From contig OY970303.1 of the NCBI GenBank assembly GCA_963716255.1, forward strand, positions 7,232,001 to 7,296,000: a stretch of DNA of 64,000 bases, read 5' to 3'. Source of the DNA: an uncultured Gemmatimonadales bacterium (GTDB taxonomy: Bacteria > Gemmatimonadota > Gemmatimonadetes > Longimicrobiales > Longimicrobiaceae). The notes below the pieces were generated by a model. It saw only the letters and a program-made list of their open reading frames with translations. It searched no databases and had not been told where the DNA came from. Position numbers and translations under genes: made by a program. Numbering within the stretch: position 1 is the stretch's first letter; each line of letters begins with the position of its first letter. Below, one piece after another: positions 44,601 through 64,000 of this stretch.

Positions 44601-47600
44601 CGGCGACCCCGCCTGGAGCGGGCTGCTGGGGCGGGTGCGGGAAGAGGCGCTGGGCGCGTACGCGCACCAGGACCTCCCCTTCGAGCGCCTGGTGGAGGAG
44701 CTGGGCGTGGAGCGCAGCCTCACCCACACGCCGCTCTTCCAGGCGGTCTTCGCCCTGGACCGCGCCGGCGGGCCCGCGGAGCGCCCGCGGCTGGGCGCGG
44801 TCGCGCTGGAGCCGTTCGGCGAGGGCGAGCCGGTCGCCCGCTTCGACCTGGACCTTGCGGTGTCCGACGCCGGGGAGGCGCTGGGCGGGGCGCTGGTCTT
44901 CCGGGCGGCGCTGTTCGACGCGGCGACCGTGGAGCGCATGGCCGCGCACCTGGAGGCGACGCTGGAGGCGATGGCCGCCGATCCCGCGCGCCGCCTGTCG
45001 GAGCTGCCGCTGCTGCGCGGCGCCGAGCGCGCCCGGGTGCTGGAAGCCTGGAACGCCACCGCGGCCGACTTCCCGCGGGCGTGCCTGCACGACCTGGTCG
45101 CCCAGCAGGCCGCGCGCACCCCGGACGCCCCCGCCGTGGAGTTCGCCGGCCGGGTGCTCACCTATGCCGAGCTGCTGCGCGGCGCCGACCGCCTGGCGCA
45201 CCACCTCCGCGGCCTGGGCGTGGGGCCCGAGGTCCGGGTGGGCCTCTGCCTGGAGCGCTCCGCGGAGATGGTCGTCGCCGTCCTGGGCATCCTGCGCGCC
45301 GGCGGCACGTACCTCCCCCTCGACCCCGCCCACCCGCAGGATCGGACCCGCTTCATGCTGGCCGACTCCGGCGCCGCCGTGGTGGTGACCCGCTCCGAGC
45401 TGGCCGCCCGCGTGGCGGGGCACGGGGCGGAGCTGGTGCTCCTGGACGCCGCGGCGCACGCCATCGCGGCCGCGCCGGACACCCCGCCGCAGGGCGGGGC
45501 CGACCCGCTGAACGCGGCGTACGTCATCTACACCTCGGGCTCCACCGGCACGCCCAAGGGCGTGGTGGTCCCGCACCTGGGGCTGGGCAACGTGGCCCGC
45601 GCCCAGGCCCGCGACCTGGGCATCGTCCCCGGCGACCGCGTGCTCCAGTTCGCCTCCGCCAGCTTCGACGCCTCGGTGTTCGAGATGGTCATGGCGCTGG
45701 CCTGCGGCGGCACCCTGTGCGTGGGGACGCGCGACGAGCTCGCGCCCGGGCCCGACCTGGGGCGCTTCCTCCGCGAGCGCGGCGTCACCGCCGCGACGCT
45801 GCCCCCCTCCGCGCTGGCCGTCCTGCCGCGCGAGGATCTTCCCGCGCTGCGCGTGCTGATGACGGCGGGCGAGGCGCTCCCGGCCGAGCTTGCGGACCGG
45901 TGGGCGCCGGGCCGGAGCCTGTTCAACCTGTACGGCCCCACCGAGGCGACCATCTGGTCCACCACGGGACCGTACCGCGGGGGCGGGGATCGTCCCCGCA
46001 TCGGGCGCCCCGTCGCCAACACCGCGGCCTACGTGCTGGACGCCGCGCTGGCGCCTGTGCCCGTGGGCGTGCCGGGCGAGCTGTACGTGGGCGGGGTGGG
46101 GGTGGCGCGCGGGTACCTGGGCCGGGCGGACCTCACCGGCGAGCGCTTCGTGCCGGACGGGCTCTCCGGGGAGGCCGGGGCGCGGCTGTACCGCACGGGA
46201 GACCGGGTGCGGTGGCTGGCGGGCGGGGAGCTGGAGTTCCTGGGCCGGGTGGACGCGCAGGTGAAGATCCGGGGCTTCCGGATCGAGCCGGGGGAGGTGG
46301 AGGCGGTGCTGGCGGGTCTGCCGCAGGTGCGGGATGCGGCGGTCGTGGTGCGGGAGGACGCGCCGGGAGCGAAGCGGCTGGTGGCGTACGTGGTCGCGGC
46401 GGAGGGCGCCGACGCGGGCGCGGCGGGGCTGCGGGAAGCGCTGTCGGCGCGGCTGCCGGAGCACATGGTCCCGGGGGTGTACGTGGTGCTGGAGCGCCTG
46501 CCGCTGAACTCCAGCGGCAAGGTGGACCGGCGCGCGCTGCCGGCGCCGGAGCGGGAGGCGGGCGCGGCGCACGCGGCGCCGCGCACGGCCACGGAGGAGG
46601 TGCTGGCGGGGATCTGGGCGGAGCTGCTGGGCGCCGGGCGGGTGGGGGTGGAGGAGGACTTCTTCGAGCTGGGCGGGCACTCGCTGCTGGCGACACAGCT
46701 GGCCTCCCGGGCGCGGGAAGCGTTCGGGGTGGAGGTGCCGCTGAGGACCGTGTTCGAGGCGCCCACCGTCGCGCGGCTGGCCGGCCGCATCGAGGCGCTG
46801 CGGCGCACGGGCGTGGCGTCGGCGCCGCCGATGGAGCGGGTGTCGCGGGAAGGGCCGCTGCCGCTGTCCTTCGCGCAGCAGCGGCTGCTGGTGGTGGACC
46901 GCCTGGACGCGGGCGGCGCCGCCTACAACATTCCCGCCGCGCTGCGGCTGCGCGGGCGGCTGGACACGGCGGCGCTGCGGGCCGCTCTGGGCGAGCTGGT
47001 TCGCCGGCACGAGACGCTGCGCACCACGATCGTGGAGCAGGACGGCGGGCCCGTGCAGGTGGTCCACCCGCCGGCCCCGGCCGCGCTGCCGGTGGTGGAG
47101 CTGGACCGCCTGCCCGACGGCGCGCCGGAGGGCGAGGCGGAGCGCCTGGCCGCGGCGGAAGCGCTGCGCCCCTTCGACCTGGCGCGTGGCCCGCTGCTGC
47201 GGAGCACGCTGCTGCGCCTGGGCGCGGACGACCACGTGCTGCTGGTCAACATGCACCACGTGGTCAGCGACGGGTGGAGCATGGACGTGCTGGTGCGCGA
47301 GGTTTCCGCGCTCTACGCCGCCTTCGGGCGGGGCGCATCGTCGCCGCTGCCCGAGCTCCCGGTGCAGTACGCCGACTTCGCCGTGTGGCAGCGCGCCTGG
47401 CTCGCCGGCGAGGTGCTGGACGAGCAGATCGGCTTCTGGAAGGACGCGCTGGCCGGCGCTCCGCCGCTGCTGGAGATCCCCACCGACCGCCCGCGCGCGG
47501 TCGGACAGGGCGCGGCCGCGGGGAGCCACGCCTTCACCCTGCCGGCCGCGGTGGCGGACGGGCTGCGGGCGCTCGCCCGCCGCGAGGGCGCCACGCTCTT

Positions 47601-49992
47601 TATGACGCTGCTGGCCGGGTGGCAGGCGCTGCTGTCCCGGTACTCGGGGCAGGAGGACGTGGTCGTCGGCACCGCGGTCGCCGGGCGCAACCGCCGGGAG
47701 ACGGAAGGGCTGATCGGCTTCTTCGTCAACATGCTGCCGCTGCGCGCCGACCTGGGCGGCGATCCCACCGGAGCCGGGTTGCTGGGACGGGTGCGGGGGG
47801 CGACGCTGGGGGCGTATGACCACCAGGACCTCCCCTTCGAGCGCCTGGTGGAGGCGCTGGACGTGGAGCGCAGCCTCACCCACACGCCGCTCTTCCAGGT
47901 GACCTTCGCCCTCGCCCGGGCGGGCGCGGACGAGGCGCTGTCGCTGGGCGGAGTCGCCATCGAGCCCCTGGGGGCCGGGGAGAGCGTCGCCAAGTTCGAC
48001 CTGGACGTGGGCTTCCGGGAAACGGACGCCGGGCTGGCCGGCGCGCTGCTTTTCCGCGCGGCGCTGTTCGATCCGCAGACCGTCGCCCGCATGGCCGGGC
48101 ACCTGGAAACCGTCCTGGAGGCGATGGCCGCCGATCCCGCGGGGCGCCTTTCCGCCGTGTCGCTGCTGCGCGGAACCGAGCGCGAGCAGGTGCTGGAAGC
48201 GTGGAACGCCACTCGGGCCGACCATCCGCGGGGCTGCGTGCACGAGCTGGTCGCGGCGCAGGCGGCGCGCACCCCGGACGCGGTGGCGGTGGCGTTCCGG
48301 GGCGAGACGATCACCTACGCCGAGCTGGTGCGGCGCGCCAACCGCCTCGCCAACCACCTGCGCCGGCTGGGCGTGGGCCCGGAGACGCGGGTGGGGGTGT
48401 GCCTGGAGCGCACGCCGCAGGTGCTGGTGGCCGTGCTTGGCGTGCTCGCGGCCGGCGGCGCCTACGTGCCGCTGGACCCCGCGTACCCCGCCGAGCGCCT
48501 GGGCTGGATGGCCGAGGACGCGCGGGTCTCGCTCGTCCTCACCTCCAGCGCCCTGGAGCGGGTCCTCCCCGAGGGCACGCCCGCGCTCGCGCTCGACGCC
48601 GCGCGGCCCGCCGTCGACGCCGAGCCGGACACGGCGCCGGAGTCGGGGGTGCTCCCGGACAACCTGTCGCACGTGATCTTCACCTCGGGGTCCACGGGCC
48701 GCCCCAAGGGGGTGATGATCCGCCACTCGTCCGTCGTGGTCCTGCTGCACTGGCTGCGGGAAACCGTCTCCGACGAGGAGCGCCGCGGCGTGCTCTTCTC
48801 CACCTCCATCAACTTCGACGTGTCGGTGGCCGAGATGTTCGGCACGCTGGCGTGGGGCGGCAGGCTGGTGCTGGTGGAGAACGCCCTGGAGCTGCCGTCG
48901 GTGGGGGACCAGGTCGTCCACGCGAGCATGGTGCCCACCGCCGCCGCGGAGCTGCTGCGCATGGGCGGCATCCCGGCGGGCGTGCGCACGCTGAACCTGG
49001 GCGGCGAGGCGCTGCCGGCCGACCTGGCGCGGGGGCTGTACGCCCTGGGAACGGTGCAGAAGGTGGGCAACCTGTACGGCCCGACCGAGGACACCACCTA
49101 CAGCACCTACTCGCTGGTGCGGCGCGGCGCCGACCGCGTGCTCGTGGGCAGGCCGGTGGCGAACACGCAGGCTCTGGTGCTGGACGGCGAGCTGCGGCCG
49201 GTGCCGGTGGGGCTCGCCGGCGAGCTGTACCTTGCCGGCGACGGGCTGTCCCGCGGCTACGCGGGGCGGCCGGAGCTCACGGCCGAACGCTTCCTGCCCG
49301 ACCCGTTCGGCGAGGCGGGCTCGCGCATGTACCGGGTGATGGACCGCGTCCGCTGGCTGGCGTCCGGGGAGCTGGAGTACTTCGGGCGCACCGACCACCA
49401 GGTCAAGGTGCGCGGCTTCCGCATCGAGCTGGGCGAGATCGAGGCGGTGCTCATCGCGCTGCCTCAGGTCCGGGAGGCGGTCGTGGTCGTCCGGGACGAC
49501 GCCCCGGGCGCGGCCGGCCAGAAGCGCCTGGTCGCGTACCTTGCCGCCGAGCCCGGCGAGATCGCCTCCGTCGCCGAGCTGCGGTCCCGTCTCTCGGAGC
49601 GGCTGCCGGAGTACATGGTGCCCTCGGCGTTCGTCCTCCTGGACCGGCTGCCGCTCTCCCCCAACGGCAAGCTCGACCGGCGGGCGCTCCCGGCCCCGGA
49701 AGCCGCCGCGGGGACGGAGTACGTGGCCCCGCGCACCGTCGTGGAGGAGCTGCTGTGCACGATCTGGGAGGAGGTGCTGGGGGTGGAGCGGGTGGGCGTG
49801 GACGACGACTTCTTCGAGCTGGGCGGACACTCCATGCTGGCGATGGACGTGGCCTTCCGCGTCCAGCAGGCGTGCGGGGTGGAAGTGCCGCTCCAGGAGC
49901 TGTTCGTGACGCCCACCATCGCGGCGCTGGCCGAGCTGGTGGAGGACCAGATGTTCCTGGCCCTGGACGACTCGGAGATGACGGAGGCGTGA
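37333..49992 (+). CDS. NRPS 3' part: modules 6-9 ([C-A-T]x4), most likely the continuation of the 12641 gene after the frameshift
   Basis: Begins at [13 protein letters not shown] (DCL-type C). Four A domains and four GGHS T domains. Ends in the acidic tail EDQMFLALDDSEMTEA. No TE. Confidence 0.93.
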   Translation: MEDVYPLAPLQEGLLFHVLYSREEGFYLAQSTFDLQGELDGEAMRRAWDATLARHPALRASFLWRDRVRPLQVVHRQVRVPFVQEDWRALPEDEQGAALEGYLREDRERGFDLEAAPLMRVALFRTGEDRYRMVWSFLQAVLDGWSLPLVFRDLRAAYEALAAGRTPALGTAPRHRDYVAWVERQDPSRTEAFWRGMLAGFDEPTPLPLEHAAPGAGPERREQADLQLTAGATRALHAFARARGLTPGTVVQGAWALLLARYAGADDVVFGVTVSGRPAELAGVEEMVGVFINTLPVRVRLPEEAPVDAWLAALQEDAAAVREHESVPLTQVQRWSDVPAGQELFGSIYVYENYPVDEALAGGIGGVEVRGMAAVERGNYPLTLVVLPGASLKLRLNYDPDRLDPAAAGRLLGQVAAAVEAMAARPGARLSQVSLLGDDERTRLLESWNDTGAGYAGAEFVHEMFARQAARAPRAEALRSGERTLTYAALERDSSRLARHLRALGVGPESRVGICLERGPETVVSVLGVLKAGGAYVPLDPSYPADRLAFMVEDAALAVLLTREGLLERLPEHGARVVCLDRDAAEIARRGDAAPESGLRPENVAYVIYTSGSTGRPKGVEVVHRGLGNYLAWAVEAYAGEGHGAPVHSSLSFDLTVTSLLVPLLRGERVVLTDEADAVEGLARALREEPGFTLVKLTPAHLGLLAEQLTEAEAAAAARTLVVGGEALPAELAAYWRRVAPGTVVVNEYGPTETVVGCIVHRVENAAGGAGSVPIGRPIAGTRAYVLGPGMQPAPLGASGELYVGGAGVARGYLGRPGLTAERFVPDPFGAEPGARLYRTGDRVRWLASGEMEFLGRTDFQLKVRGFRVEPGEIEAALLEDPRVRDALVTQRGDATGQRQLVAYVVPAEGGGPSAAELRARLQGVLPDHMVPAWFAVLERMPLNANGKVDRHALPAPEAAPHGSAAPRTVTEEVLAGIWEDVLGVERVGADDSFFELGGHSLLVTRIVSRVRQALEVEVPLRAIFDAPTVSGLARRIDALRSGGSEAAPPVRRVPRDGPLPLSFQQQRLWLMDRLEPGAATYNMPSALRLRGELDTIALRAALGELARRHEVLRTVFAEREGVPVQVVRPGGGAMLPAIDLRRLPGAAPEAEALRLVHEEAVRPFDLERGPLLRTVLLRLGDGDHVLCVTLHHAVGDGWSLDVLVGEVAALYGAFSRGEPSPLPGLPVQYADYAVWQREWLGDAELDRQLAYWKERLAGAPPLLELPTDRPRGAGQGAHAGRHAFAVAADTSRGLRALARHEGTTLFMTVLAAWQALLGRYSGQDDVVVGTPVAGRTQLETEGLIGLFVNMLVLRAELAGEPTWRELLARVRHDALGAFSHQDLPFERLVDALVTVRSLTHAPLFQAVFALQRSRPAAPPLGNAAVQPFGVGAEGLPVDLELMLEDGEDGLAGVLLYREALFDPATIGRLAESLGACLEALAADPSRRFTEVSLLRGTERVQVLEAWNATAAAFPPALAHDVFAAQAALTPHVPAVTRGDRVLTYAELDRLSDRLARHLRRRGVGPEVRVGLCLERDVELVVGVLGVLKAGGVYVPLDPTLPAGRLAYMLADADAAVLVSQAGLPERLPAYAGEVVCLDRDAAAIAAEPAGPPPSGVHARSAAYVIYTSGSTGAPKGVVVEHGSLLNFAAAMRRDFPYREGEVVLGVVSFAFDIWIFEGLVPLLAGATVRLLPLDRVRDAGVLVEELRTAGRIAAVPALYRQVVLAARQLEPGALAGVRYIFAGGEAVAPELSAELREVFPGARLFVGYGPTEATVLATLYAVPEGVEGGAPPIGNPLPNVRTYVLDARGDALPTGVPGELYLGGAGVARGYLGRPDLTAGRFVPDPFAGASGSRLYGTGDRVRWRADGALEFLGRFDAQVKIRGFRVELGEVEAALAAHPRVHEMVAVVREDVPGQRILVAYVVPQEGAEPSVAELRESLGEQLPDYMVPGAFVVLERLPLDAGGKVDRRALPAPDLGSEDGYVAPRTAAEEVLAAIWADVLELEPERVGVEKSFFDMGGHSLLATRVASRIRDAFGVAVPLRTLFEATTVAALAGRVEALQRAGTPAPPPVARLAGGREGPLPVSFAQQRLWVVDRLDPGSPAYNMAHALRVRGPLDAAALRAAIGELTRRHEALRTTLEERGGVPVQVVHPPAPAALPAVELRALPEAEREREALRLADAEAMRPFDLARGPLLRSTLLRLDGADHVLLFTLHHVVSDGWSMQVLVGEVAALYAAFARGVSSPLAPLPVQYADFAAWQRAWLSGETLDEQIGFWRERLAGAPPLLEIPTDRPRAAGQSPRAARHAFALPAELSRRLRALSRAEGTTLFMTLLAAWQALLGRYAGQDDVVVGTPIAGRTRRETEGLIGFFVNMLALRADLGGDPAWSGLLGRVREEALGAYAHQDLPFERLVEELGVERSLTHTPLFQAVFALDRAGGPAERPRLGAVALEPFGEGEPVARFDLDLAVSDAGEALGGALVFRAALFDAATVERMAAHLEATLEAMAADPARRLSELPLLRGAERARVLEAWNATAADFPRACLHDLVAQQAARTPDAPAVEFAGRVLTYAELLRGADRLAHHLRGLGVGPEVRVGLCLERSAEMVVAVLGILRAGGTYLPLDPAHPQDRTRFMLADSGAAVVVTRSELAARVAGHGAELVLLDAAAHAIAAAPDTPPQGGADPLNAAYVIYTSGSTGTPKGVVVPHLGLGNVARAQARDLGIVPGDRVLQFASASFDASVFEMVMALACGGTLCVGTRDELAPGPDLGRFLRERGVTAATLPPSALAVLPREDLPALRVLMTAGEALPAELADRWAPGRSLFNLYGPTEATIWSTTGPYRGGGDRPRIGRPVANTAAYVLDAALAPVPVGVPGELYVGGVGVARGYLGRADLTGERFVPDGLSGEAGARLYRTGDRVRWLAGGELEFLGRVDAQVKIRGFRIEPGEVEAVLAGLPQVRDAAVVVREDAPGAKRLVAYVVAAEGADAGAAGLREALSARLPEHMVPGVYVVLERLPLNSSGKVDRRALPAPEREAGAAHAAPRTATEEVLAGIWAELLGAGRVGVEEDFFELGGHSLLATQLASRAREAFGVEVPLRTVFEAPTVARLAGRIEALRRTGVASAPPMERVSREGPLPLSFAQQRLLVVDRLDAGGAAYNIPAALRLRGRLDTAALRAALGELVRRHETLRTTIVEQDGGPVQVVHPPAPAALPVVELDRLPDGAPEGEAERLAAAEALRPFDLARGPLLRSTLLRLGADDHVLLVNMHHVVSDGWSMDVLVREVSALYAAFGRGASSPLPELPVQYADFAVWQRAWLAGEVLDEQIGFWKDALAGAPPLLEIPTDRPRAVGQGAAAGSHAFTLPAAVADGLRALARREGATLFMTLLAGWQALLSRYSGQEDVVVGTAVAGRNRRETEGLIGFFVNMLPLRADLGGDPTGAGLLGRVRGATLGAYDHQDLPFERLVEALDVERSLTHTPLFQVTFALARAGADEALSLGGVAIEPLGAGESVAKFDLDVGFRETDAGLAGALLFRAALFDPQTVARMAGHLETVLEAMAADPAGRLSAVSLLRGTEREQVLEAWNATRADHPRGCVHELVAAQAARTPDAVAVAFRGETITYAELVRRANRLANHLRRLGVGPETRVGVCLERTPQVLVAVLGVLAAGGAYVPLDPAYPAERLGWMAEDARVSLVLTSSALERVLPEGTPALALDAARPAVDAEPDTAPESGVLPDNLSHVIFTSGSTGRPKGVMIRHSSVVVLLHWLRETVSDEERRGVLFSTSINFDVSVAEMFGTLAWGGRLVLVENALELPSVGDQVVHASMVPTAAAELLRMGGIPAGVRTLNLGGEALPADLARGLYALGTVQKVGNLYGPTEDTTYSTYSLVRRGADRVLVGRPVANTQALVLDGELRPVPVGLAGELYLAGDGLSRGYAGRPELTAERFLPDPFGEAGSRMYRVMDRVRWLASGELEYFGRTDHQVKVRGFRIELGEIEAVLIALPQVREAVVVVRDDAPGAAGQKRLVAYLAAEPGEIASVAELRSRLSERLPEYMVPSAFVLLDRLPLSPNGKLDRRALPAPEAAAGTEYVAPRTVVEELLCTIWEEVLGVERVGVDDDFFELGGHSMLAMDVAFRVQQACGVEVPLQELFVTPTIAALAELVEDQMFLALDDSEMTEA

Positions 49993-50071
49993 TCGTGCCG
50001 GGAAGGAGCAGGAGCCGGACCGGACGGGCGGTCTCCGGGTCGAGCCATGAATTTCCACTTGCGGCGGTGTG

Positions 50072-64000
<13,929 letters not shown>

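Overview
Very GC-rich bacterial DNA. The PadR plus duplicated-permease (ADOP) pair and the style of the giant NRPS suggest Gemmatimonadota (Longimicrobiaceae-like) or Acidobacteriota; this is inference. Positions 1-12 kb carry mostly minus-strand accessory genes: an ArsR/metallophosphoesterase/aquaporin operon with a visible operator, an orphan sensor histidine kinase, a small hypothetical protein, PadR plus an ADOP permease, and a three-gene unit (CoA-acylating methylmalonate-semialdehyde dehydrogenase, class-III aminotransferase, secreted DmpA/P1 peptidase). From 12.6 kb to the window end lies a lipopeptide NRPS assembly line on the + strand. The first gene is FAAL-ACP plus 9 modules (about 12,450 aa if a single-base frameshift at ~37255 is repaired). 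A second NRPS gene starts at 50072, has 4 complete modules and a further C domain, and runs off the window; the ORF track misses it. The most unusual elements are: (i) a PRMT (protein-arginine-methyltransferase)-fold domain inserted in the module-3 A domain, whose pocket looks specific for a basic residue; (ii) two condensation domains whose HHxxxDG motif reads LQAVLDG, each directly after an epimerised basic-residue module; (iii) a ~9 kb internal two-module duplication in which only one copy carries the methyltransferase. Hand-read specificity codes suggest acyl-X-D-Glu-D-(Me)Arg/basic-D-Thr-D-Arg/basic-Asn-X-aromatic/hydrophobic-X-Asp-Glu-Arg/basic-Glu-... Domain boundaries are estimates by eye.
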